From Psammoneis japonica (taxonomy: Eukaryota), in NCBI GenBank assembly GCA_008632985.1, contig QPGO01000071.1:1-64000 (forward strand): DNA of 64,000 bases. The letters are read 5' to 3'. A program made the position numbers and the translations under genes. The notes beneath the pieces were generated by a model, which was not told the DNA's origin, did not search any database, and saw only the letters and a list, made by a program, of their open reading frames with translations. Shown piece after piece: positions 24,450 through 35,354 of this stretch (position 1 is its first letter; every line of letters starts with the position of its first letter).

Positions 24450-26228
24450 CTTGGAATTTCACGTTCCATCATGGCTCTTCTTCTTTCAGCAATGGGTTGT
24501 CTTCAAACACACCAGCGCCTTGTGTCGCATCGATGAAACCATGACAAGATCAAACATCGGCTCACCAACTGACGAGTGGCACCATTTCGTGTGTCACTCC
24601 AAAATGGTTGGCTCAAATTGGTTGCTGTCTCTCTTTAGATGGTGGCTGCATTGGTGCTCCAATGCGAGCAGATCTTTGAGTTCTTCATTGCCCATGTCAT
24701 TCAAAAAACACACTGCTGTCCCTGAAACAAGACTCTCCCTCCCGCAACATTTCTGAGCAAATTTTACCCAGTTGCAAACAGGTTTTCCAGAATGGCACCT
24801 TGGGTGTGCCCTGACCACCCCAATGCCGTCTGTGTGCACTTCTGTGGACCCCATCATGCAAGTGGCTGTTGGGCAATGCCTTCTCACAGCATGGCACAAA
24901 CATTTTGTTGCTGACAGAGGCAGCTCTGGTCCTTGGGTTTTTGAGAACCATTCCTGGGTTGCGTGGGCCCAGGTTTCAGCCAGCTCCATTGTTCCCACAC
25001 GAAATTCCACTGACACTTCTTGCACAGGACCCTGGAAGACTGCTTGGAACTTGGTGCCATTCCCTTGCTCCTTGCTTTTTGACATTGAGTTGCTTGGGCA
25101 GAGACTGCAAGCGGACCTGGCGGTTGAGGCCAGCATCTTTCCTTGCAGGTTCTTGGCTGTTTGGATTGCAAAAGAGCCATGATGCTTCTGGGCTTGTGAG
25201 CCCAGGTCCTTCGCAAAGCACTTGTGGTTGCTCTCCATCCTGTCAGTTTTGCAGCCATCTGGGGATCCACACCCAGACATGTTTTTTGGTGAGTGCTCCA
25301 GACACTCAATTTTTTGAAGGTCCCATCCATTTCCCACACTTCAGCTTCAACTTGCCACTTTTTTTGCCAACTTTGACTCAAGGGGCCGTTCCAAGAATGC
25401 CTTTGATCACAACGGCAATTGACTCTGAAGCCCTTTCCTCACAATTTTCCCCATCCGTCATGTTGTTGGCATTCCAGAGCCCATCTTTTCTCTTTGTCCA
25501 GGCATGGAAGCACAGAAGCATTTCCATTGGTTGAGCCCAGTTGTTTGTGGCAAGTTGGTCTTTGTCGTCACAGTCCATCCAAGTTGCTTTGAGTGCTTGA
25601 CATTCCTCCGCAGAGGACTCTTTCAAGTCATTGGCCTTCTTGCATGATTTGCTGCGATGTTTGTTGAGTGCATTGGTGAGCCATCTCTTCTTGATTCCCA
25701 TTCTGAGAACAGCGGCAATGTGGGACAGGGCACCAATGTGCTCGGTTGCCCTGAGGCAGCTGAGATTCGTCACACCAAACACAAACTCTGCTTTTGGGCA
25801 ACCGGACATTTCTGTTTGTGATTTCAGGTTGACAACAAGGTGCAGCATTCTTTCAAGGTCTGCCCTTCCACTGTTGCCAAGACATTCATGGAACACCTCA
25901 AGCACCTTCTTCATGACACCTTCGTCAAAGGCATGCATCAGATTGGTTGGTGTCATGCAAAACACTCCACCAACTGGGTCCACATTCAGTGTTTTGAAAA
26001 AGCATTGCACACCAGATGAAGGGACATTGATGACAGGGATTCTTTTGCTTCATCTCTGCGTGCTTCTGTGTGGTCAGTTGGACCCAACGCCACATGCATG
26101 ATGGGCTCCCACTTTTTGTGAGTCAGAAATTGGCACTTGTGGCTGGGGTCATGTGTGTGGTCACTGGGGCAGTCACATGCCCAATGAAGTTGGCTGGCTT
26201 GGTTCCTTCCACACACAGAATTCTGAGC
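24450..26228 (-). mobile_element. Decayed Plavaka-like (CMC-related) DNA transposase fragment
   Basis: Motifs 'GGVFCMTPTNLMHAFDEG', 'FGVTNLS.L.A.E..G', 'GNGWDLQK..CLEH', 'GSP....DRMESNHK.FAK', 'AHPRCHSGKPVCNW' resemble Plavaka-type transposases. Frameshifted. Confidence 0.6.
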
Positions 26229-28801
26229 CACAGCCTGGGATGGATGTTTGTTGTGCTTGAAGTGCTCTCTCAAGATCAAGGTTGAAACATTGAGAAGATT
26301 CATCCAGTTTTGTTTGGCTGCTTTTTTGCAGGCTCGAAGGAGAAGATCAGTTTTGATGGTGGTCAAGGAGGTTGTAAGGTGATGTGACTGATCAGCTGGA
26401 GCAGGGCTTCATTGGATGGGGGGGGGGGGGGGTTGAGCAGCTTGGCTGAGGAGCCAGAGTCGGCTCCAGGACGCAAGTGCACATGAGGCTCTGCTGGGTT
26501 CTGGGTTGACCTCAGAGGAAGACTTTTTGGATTTCAATGCCTGAGAAAGAACTGCCAGGACAGCCTGAGAAGGTGGCTGTTCTGCAGGTTCCACTGGGTG
26601 CTTCCAAGGAGAGCACTGTTTGGATTCAAGGACCTTTGGATCCACTGAGCCCAAAGGTGTTTTGGCAGGCTCCACTGGGTCATCCTGGGAGGGAGGCTGT
26701 TTGGATTTAGGTGCCTTTGAGTTGTCCATTGTGGTGCAATGGAGGATGAGTCCATCTTTTGAAGTGCTTGGGATTGTTGCTGTTGAGTCTTGAGAGTCAT
26801 GATCCTGTGGGTCAATGACTCCCATTGGCTGGGTTGGTGTGCTCACTGAGCATGTTGTGAATCATCTCTTGTTGCTCAAATGCTTGTTTCTCTGTGCTGT
26901 CTGGGCTTTCTTGCAGGGTGTGGTTCATTGCACATTGTGTCTGGGGACAAATGGGTTGTTGTCTGTTGTGAGTGGGTGGAAGTCATTGGTTGGGTGGGAA
27001 CTTGATCCTGTTGATCTGACATGGGTGGGGTGGGGGGTGCGGGATGGAACTTGATCCCTCGTCTCTTCTGGATGTTTCTTGTTTTCTTGTTTGCTTGGAG
27101 CAGTCTAGCTTGCACACGTGTGGCACTTGGGGTTGGCATGTCATGAGACCATTCAGCCTGCAGCCATTCTTTTCTTCTGACAAGTGTCACCCAAGAAGAT
27201 GCCAGCTAAAAACTTGGCTTTTTAATCTTGATCACCTTGTCAGGCTCAAAGGCACAGCACTTCTCTGCCAGCCCCAGAAGCAAAATCCCACCATGAGACC
27301 TTTCTGCAAACTCTGCTGACAATTGCTTGCACAGTGCAACAGCAGGTCTTCATTGCCACCTGTTTGCCCAACACTGCAATGCCTCCCATGCCTCAAAAGC
27401 TTGGAGTGGTGGGTCCACACTTCCTTTCATGCACACCATCATGTGCAAGCAAAAGCTTGCTTGATGACATTGGATTTGCTCTCCATTTTTCTTCTCAGTT
27501 TTCCAAACTTTCAACCCTGTTTTCCATGCAGCTTTGTCACACCAGCCCACCAGTCTTGGTTTTGCACTCAGAGTGCTTTCTTTTTGCATGTCATTCATGT
27601 GAAGAGATCACACTCCTTGCTTCAAATCACGTTTTCTCTGTTGTTGCCAGTCTTGGGACACTCAGGTGCAGAAAAACTTGTCTCTTTTGAGTGTGTTGCA
27701 AACTTTCACAAGGAGAAAGCTCTCCACATCACTCACATGACCCACATGCTGGCCGCCAAAATCTTTTTGGTGACACTTCACATTTGTCAGCTTGAGCAGA
27801 GTGGTGTGCAGCCCTGCACACGTGCATCAGTCAACTTGGCTCTCCTGCTGGTCCAGGCTTGTTTTTCTTTTTGTCTTTGTTGCTGCCCATCTTTGACCCA
27901 CTCACTTCTTCTTCAAGATTGGCAACATCTTTCCAAAGCAGAAGTTGGGCTCACACCTTTTTCCATGTCTCCAAACAGAGGAGGAGCAACAAAGCCAATG
28001 CTGACCAAGTTTGGGCTCCTGTCAATTTCTGAGCACCAGCCCTTCTTTTTAGAGACCCTGGAAACTCCTGTCTGTTGCACCACAAAAGAGTTTCTCACTT
28101 TGTTGGAGTGGCCAGCACCCAGTTGCTTGCACACACTGTGTTTGTTTTGCACATCTTGGCTTTGTTTCATCCAAAAACCAACCTTGCTGTGTCCACTGTG
28201 TTGGCGCACATTTCCAGCAACGGCCAACACTCAAGTCCCAACAGCACCAAGGGGAGCAGAGTGCCAGGGCTGGCAGGCTTCATTGCTGCACCTTTTGCAG
28301 TGACAAGATCTCTTTTTTGTTTGCTCCAAACAAAGAACAAGAGCAAAGATCTGGAAGACAAGATCACAGCCAGAAGCAAGTGGGGCTCAAACTTCTTCCT
28401 GGGTCACCAAAGCTCACATTGGGAGGTTTTATTTTCTTGAATTCTTCCACAAGGATTTCAGATTTCCAGATTTGCATGATGACAATTCAATGGATTCAAT
28501 CATGCTGCACCACAGCCCATGCAGGTGCATCTTCAGCACTGGACGTTGGAGGGAGTTTGGAATTTCAAAACTCCAAAATCTTTGTTCAACACAGAGACTT
28601 CAATGCAAAGCCACAAAAAAGTGCAAAGATGCCATTGTGAGCACCATGGTGGCCCGTGGTGGAGCTGAGCAGCAGCACCATTGTTGCAGCTGTGGTGGAG
28701 GCCCTCAAAACAGCACTCCTTCAATGCATTGCGCTCACTGCAAGAGTGTGCGGTGCCATGACAAAGCTTGTCAACTCAAGGACTGGCCTCGACACAAGAA
28801 G
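26229..28801. repeat. Right arm of the inverted duplication, ending in a decayed copy of the MYND gene 5' end
   Basis: Reverse complement of 10441-13063. 28646-28801 encodes 'MVARGGAEQQHHCCSCGGGPQNSTPSMHCAHCKSVRCHDKACQLKDWPRHKK'. Confidence 0.9.
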
Positions 28802-30824
28802 TTTGTCAAATTTTTGTCATCTGCCCATCAGTTTCTGCCTCCAGACCCAGCACTCACACAATGCTCATGGCAAAAACTCAGTGCAAACATGCAAGCAATG
28901 GCGCTGCTGTGATTGGCCCATCTGCAACCACTCTTTTGCCTTCCAATGCTGAAACAAAACAACACAGCAAATCACCCCAAAGTTTGTTGTGTCAAACTGT
29001 GCTTCTGAGTGTGCAAACACACAATGATGTCAACAATGATGATCAATCATCTGGTCACACCAATGTCGCTGGGCATTTCCATCATTCATTTTGTGCAGTC
29101 TCTGGAGTCGACATGCCAAATCACTCCCATCCAACCATGTCTTTTGTCCGTGACTGATGGCACACAGAACATCTTCCCCACCATGTGCAATTTTTTCACA
29201 TTCATGGCTGGTTGAAGGAAAAGGGAAAAAGGAGGGATTCGACCGTTGAGCACACACACAAATTGACCATGCAACCAGGGCCAGCAGAGTTGCACTGGCT
29301 TCTTTTGGTCCAGAGTGGTTGCTGCAGGTGCAGTGAGTGGGGCACATTGCAGCAGCTGCAGGGGGGTGACAATGTGACACCAAGTGTGTGCTGCCAAGCT
29401 GAGCAGTCCAGCTTGGTTGTGAGCCAAGCCCTGCCAGGCCAGTTGCTTTGGCTCCAGTTGCTCCCACATTGTGCACGTGTCAATTGTTGAAGGAACACCA
29501 CCACATTGACTCAAAAGCTGTGTTTTGAGCAGGACAGAGAGAGAAAAATTGTCATCTTGACTGGTGCTTGCTTTGGACTCTGCATCATGAGCGCAGGCAG
29601 ATGCTGCACACAGCCATTTTTGGCACCTCTCTTTGGTTGCCCACTTGGCATTGTCAACAAACTCTTGAACACAACCTCACTCAGAGTTTCTTCACTCTTC
29701 AACCACAAAAGCAGGTCCAACTTTTTGTTGGCTTTTTTGTGGCCGGGGGTCTCTGTTGCAGGCACAAATGGTGGGCACATGCCACACCATGTGGCTGCAG
29801 GGTGACAATGTCATGCCACCAAGCATTCCGGCAGAAGCGATCGAAAACCCCAACTCACTGTTGACATTTCTGTGTTGGTCAGAATTTGAAATGACCGCCA
29901 CCGTCAAGCACGCAGCTTTCTTTGCGTCAAAGTAGAAATGACACTCAATGATTTAAACTGCTGTGATCATTTGGCTTTCTTTGTGTCGAAGTGGAAATGA
30001 CACTTGACGATTTACACTGACTCACTTTGGCTCGAAGTCAGATGAAGAGATTGGGTCGCGGGCTTGTCGCCAACCAGCCACGAGCATGAAATGTTCGCCG
30101 ATTTGCACGCACCTTGAGGAAGCACCGGCAGGGCCTTGTGGCACAGCGGCGCTGCTCAGCGGCACGTCGCATGAGCCATGTGCAGGGGTTGTGAGTCCCG
30201 AAAAACAGGGTTTGGTTGGGCCGATTTCTGGCACAAAACTCACGTAGAAAATTCGTGTGGAATGCCTTGTTCGTCGTGCTTTTCCCATGCTTTGCAAAAA
30301 ATGGGCCACAACCTCAAGGAATTGATTTCAGTCACAATGGTTGACACTTTGCGTGCTTGCTCTTTTTGATGACAAACACGACGATGTCCGCTGTTCGTTG
30401 GAAAATGTTTGCCGTGGTGGCACGGTGGTGAAGTGTTGATCGAATTTCTGAAAATGGAATTTTGAAGTGTTCACGCACAGAATCGTGTTACTTGTATAAA
30501 AGTCATCATGTAAAGTGTCAATGGTTTCAGGGGAAAACGATTCCTTGAGGCGTCGGTGGAGCAGAGAAGCACGAGAAAAAAATCGGCCCAAACCCTAATT
30601 TTTATAATTTTTTCTACGTAGAATTTCTACGTGATTTTTGTACCAGTGCACATGGCTTATTGGTACCGCGGTACAAGCATTGGTGGTTTCTCGTGATTTA
30701 TTATTACAAATATTACAACAGGGCGATCCAGGAAACTTCGAAGACTTCGAAAGATTCCATATTCCATGACATTTCTGTAAATTATTCTACGTGCAGAGCT
30801 CGTAGGTTGTTGGTACTTTTTAAA

Positions 30825-31041
30825 CAAGGGGCAATAGATAAAAGTTCGAACAAATATGTTGTGTGTTCGAAGCTTTCGAATATTGTTCGAAGTGTTCGAA
30901 TTTTTGTCGAAAACATATTGCCCTCCAAAGATTTTGATTCAAGTCACTTATTATTCGAACTTTTCATATTGCCCTTTTGGTCACTTCGAACTTATTCGAA
31001 CAAAGTTCGAACTTATTCGAACAAGTTCGAAGTGTTCGAAC
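30825..31041. repeat. Array of 12 TTCGAA palindromes with a small inverted repeat (30825-30854 / 30951-30980)
   Basis: Direct reading. Within each cluster the hexamers start 9-11 bp apart. Confidence 0.85.
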
Positions 31042-31433
31042 AGTTGAATACAAGCTTTTTCGTACTGACCCCAGTAGCATTCTACGTTACATACCAGAAT
31101 TTTTAATTATTTATTTAGTCATTTATATATCATTACGAATTGACAACCACCGATTTTTGGCACGCGACACCACCACGATGACACGTTCCGTCGAACGAGT
31201 TCGGGCCCACCCGGAATAGTTACCAAGCCATTTGGGTACAGCTATATCAATGAGGTACTTGCGGATCATATATGTCTCATTGGATTGGTAATTCTTCGTG
31301 GTTGACAAATAAACGACGGCAAAGGATTCACGTGTTGTTTTGTCGTGCTTTGGCGTAGAAAACCTACGTAGGCCTACTCTGAGCCACAAGCGCGCGTAAT
31401 AAGCTTGTAGTACATCTCGTACTGCCTGTACTT

Positions 31434-31641
31434 TGGGGGAAGTCTCCAGCCAGCTGCTGGCTGAAAAAAGTCTGCTCATCAGTGCGTTTGGGGGTTATGC
31501 CAGTACAATTTTTACGTACGCAAAAGACGACGAGTCTGTCCAGCGTTCCCCAAAACCCCCTAACGCACAGATCGACAGACTCTTTCAGTACAAATTCTAC
31601 ACAAGATTCTTCAGCCAGCAGCTGGCTGGAGACTTCCCCCA
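31434..31641. mobile_element. 208-bp MITE with a 4-bp TSD (ACTT)
   Basis: TGGGGGAAGTCTCCAGCCAGCTGCTGGCTGAA ... TTCAGCCAGCAGCTGGCTGGAGACTTCCCCCA; ACTT at 31430-33 and 31642-45. Confidence 0.85.
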
Positions 31642-32510
31642 ACTTGTCGCTTCGATTGTACGTACCGTATCTCTTGTTGACGGAATACATGCAACGCAAC
31701 TTGCCAGAGGCCATGTCCATTGTTGGCACAGAAGAAGATACCCAAGACAATAACAACGAAGAAGAAGACAAGAACAAAAGTGTCAACTCATTGCTCCGCA
31801 ACCCCCTGCTGCCACATTTGATTTGGCAACACATGCAACTCGAAACTGAGAGGAAGAAAAAACCCCAAAACGAGACAGAAAGAGCTATCTACCTCTAGTA
31901 GTTAGCGGTGATCGAGGAAATGCTTTTACAGAAATACTTGTAGTAATTACACACGTGATTGGTCTACCAAGAGGGTCACCCAATGCCCTGGCTAGATATT
32001 CAACGCATTCGTACAATTAATATAATCAACCTAACCTACACTGTATGGTATGGAATCTTTCTATACATCAATGCACCGCTTCTCCTTCAGCGCTGTTTGC
32101 AGCTGACGGATCATTTCATGATTGGATGGCAACGGTTTCTTCCACACCAAATCGGCTTCAGCATGCCGAAACGTGGATTCCATGTCATTTCCAGAGCAAT
32201 CTACAATGACCGGCTTGGATGAAGAACGCCGCATGGCAAGGACGACATCGGCACCCACCATGAGCCCTCCAGCTCGCTCCATGTGCTCATCCTGTGTGAT
32301 CACGTCAAAGAGCTTTGCAGTTGTTGTTGACGTTGCCGTTGTGTCCTCTCCACGAACACAAGTACCACGGCGAATCTCGAGAGCTTCTGGCCGCTTCCGT
32401 GTAATGGTACAGTTGGGGCGATAAACTTTTGAAGGCGTCTAGACAGCATCAAACGATTCACCGGCATGTCGTCCACAATCAGCATCGACAGTGGCTCTTG
32501 TAAAGGAGCA

Positions 32511-33520
32511 GGGGATTCCCCATCTGTGAAGTGATAATTTGGTGTGAAGTGATCACGTAGAATTGTACGTATTTTTTCTAGTGCTGAAATTCTGATCAGA
32601 ACGCCACCAACTTATGTTGTGATTTGTTAATGGATGTGATCATTTGCGTGCAAATCGCCACAGTAAAGTTTGCCGTCGAGTTCCAGATGAGAGAAAAATC
32701 TATCCCTCCATCTCATCTCTCATCTCTCCTCCACTCAACTTCTAAGACAAGGATGATCGAGGTGGGAGAGGCAGAGCAAACGAAACTGAAGGCTGACATC
32801 GCCAAGCAATCGAAAGCGCTCGACGAGTTTGATGCACTTCGCTCCAGTACGCCTCAGTACGGTGAGTACGAGACGTTGAAGGGAGATGAGCTGAAGATCT
32901 TGATTCGGCTGGTTTGTCCAAACGCCGGTTTGTTAGGGAAGAGCATTGAAGTAAAGAAGAAGGAGCTTAAAGAGCGGAACGTTACAAAAGAATATCTCGA
33001 CTCTATTTACGTTCAGAAAAGGCGCGATCTCGATGACCTCAAATCAAAGCTTCAGAACTCTTCGGCTGATAGTGATTCTGACGACGAAGACCAAGAAGAA
33101 TTGCTTTAAATGAATAATCGTCTACATCATCTAGACACTTTGTGTGAATTTTCATGAACGGTTGTGATGAGAACCAAATTTCGTTAACTTTTTGTGAGGA
33201 GAAATGTGTCAAGTGATTTTTGATAAAGGACCTCGCAACGAAAGAATGTTGCACTTATGGAAGAGACGTCCGTTACGTAACGGCTATTTTCTTATCGTAA
33301 CGGTTGATTGTGCGGTGCCAGCTGTCTGCTCAACCCACTTGTACCAAGCCACGTAGAAAAATCGCGTAGCGGAAATCCAGTGGATGATAATTCTGTAGAA
33401 AGCTACGATGCCTGGTATGATAAAAGGAGAATTGGGTCGAGTGATCATCAATCTATTTTATACCAGAGGCTACGTGATTCTACGCCTGACGTCATAATCA
33501 CTTCAGAGATGGGAATCCCC
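32511..33520 (+). mobile_element. ~1-kb non-autonomous TIR element carrying a ~118-aa ORF remnant (32752-33109)
   Basis: GGGGATTCCCCATCTGTGAAGTGAT ... ATCACTTCAGAGATGGGAATCCCC. Flanked by CA on the left and TA on the right, compatible with a TA target (Tc1/mariner-like). Confidence 0.8.
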
Positions 33521-33522
33521 TA

Positions 33523-33754
33523 GGGGATTCCCATCTGTGAAGTGATAATTTGGTGTGAAGTGATCACGTAGAATTGTACGTATTTTTTCTAGTACTGAAA
33601 TTCTGATCAGAACGCCACCAACTTATGTTGTGATTTATTAATGGATATAATCATTTGCATACAAATCGCCACAGTAAAGTTTGCCGTCGAGTTCCAGATG
33701 AGAGAAAAATCTATCCCTCCATCTCATCTCTCATCTCTCCTCCACTCAACTTCT
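33523..33754 (+). mobile_element. Second, truncated head-to-tail copy of the left end of the same element
   Basis: ~230 bp identical to 32511-32743 apart from 6 A/G substitutions and one C-run indel. Confidence 0.9.
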
Positions 33755-35354
33755 CGCCGAGAAAAAAAAAACGCAAAAACCGTCATCCCGACTCGTCGAC
33801 CATGGCCCTAAGATCACTAACGTTGTCATTTCCTGAGGTATCTTGGTAGTAGAGTACGAGGAAATGACAGTGTGCTCTCATTGGACGACTACGTTGTGCC
33901 AGACGATATCAACGGCGTGGCTTCTCCTTGTGCGTAGTATTCGTCGTCGCCATATGGTGGAAGTGGCAATAAAATGGTACAATCCGTGCCGGGACGAGCC
34001 GTTGGGTCGCTCTCAAAACGACTGGAGCCGCCCATGGCCTCACAAATTTGCATGGCATAGTTCAATCCCAAGCCCGTACCATTGGCTTCTCCACTCGCCA
34101 CAAACTTCTCAAACACAAGTTTCTGTTCCTCTTTCGGTATCCCAGGACCCGTGTCTCCTACATCACGACAAGTGATTGTTGTTTCCACATCTTCCCATCC
34201 CACCCACAGCTGGATGGATCCAGTGACAGTATACTTCATTGCGTTGGATACAACATTTTGCAATACCTGTTGGATACGGTGGGCATCTCCCATGACAATG
34301 TCATGCGTCGTCGTAGTTTCTGCCTCCCATGTAAACTCAACACCCGACCGCAAGGAAGGGAGGGTCATTTTGTGAACATCGCAGACCAGTTGTCGGAGCG
34401 AAAAGCGATGTACGTGAAACTCCATTTTGCCCTCGTCAACCTCTCTCGAGTCCAAAAGGTTGTTCAAAATAGACGTACACTGCAAAGATTCATTCCCTCG
34501 ACCGATTCGCCATTGTCTCGGGAAGCTCCTCGGGCGGTGGCATGGACCCCAAGGCACTCGACATGGCAGAGAGAGGACTGCGCAGTTCATGAGCAAAGTA
34601 GGCCTGGATGTTTCTTTCCGTCTCAGCCTTGGCGCTCTCGGCCAGTGCCGTGCCCGTCATGACGGTGGCAATCTGGGAGAGAAATGTTGCCTTTGCCTTT
34701 CGGGCGTTTGTTTTCCATGCGCTCTCCTCAACGTGTCGACTCTACAGAATCTTTTAAAAAGGTGTTTCAATTCTTTGTCTTCTCAGCAATGATTTCAGTT
34801 ATTCAGTTTCGTCTGCCTCTCGATTCAGAGCTATTCAAATAGACTTTTTTGCTTGCTACAGGAAAAGCAGCCGAGCCTGCATAGGAGAACCTCGTATGCT
34901 ACTGTTTCAACATTGGACGAGCTGCTGTGAATGGTAGGTCTCTAGAGAGTACCGGTTTTCCATTTTCTTGGTTTTGTACCGCACCCTACGAAAACCAGCA
35001 CCACCACCTCACTGACCCTCGCATGATACTGCAGATTCAACAGTAGCTAGAGAAGCGCAGTTGCGAATTTTCCCGACACAGAGTGCCTTATTTCACAGAT
35101 TTCTGGTTTGGTACCGCACTTGCGAAGATCGGTACCACCCCCCCCCTTTTGCATTGTTGTCTTCGTGTAGACAACAAAATAATTGAAGAACACCTTGCAA
35201 CCGGATCGTTCGAGAAACAAAAATAAGCGAAGGTTTAGTTTTTCGGTCGAACCCGTACAGCCAACAACCTCCTGTCATCATGGACCCAAAACGCTTGACG
35301 TACTCATTTCCCCGTGTTGAAGCAATTACCTTTTAGAGAGTGTTAGAGAAGAAA

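Larger units (their letters stand above)
32061..34700 (-). pseudogene. Hybrid histidine kinase (HisKA-HATPase-receiver), frameshifted and split by a transposon insertion
   Basis: H-box 'YFAHELRSPL' at ~34600, N-box 'QVLQNVVSNAMKYT', G-boxes 'DTGPGIP' and 'GTGLGL'. Receiver 'MLIVDDMPVNRLML' and 'FDVITQDEHM...WKKPLP' at 32061-32510. Confidence 0.85.

Noticed and set aside
3320..30400. Hundreds of short overlapping ORFs as real genes
   Set aside because: In the eroded parts they are explained by loss of TAA/TAG. Those with homology are frameshifted TE or pseudogene pieces.
10700..30400. An alternative genetic code or classical RIP as the explanation
   Set aside because: The elements are frameshifted relics, flanking genes use Tyr and TAA/TAG normally, and classical RIP would raise TpA rather than remove it.
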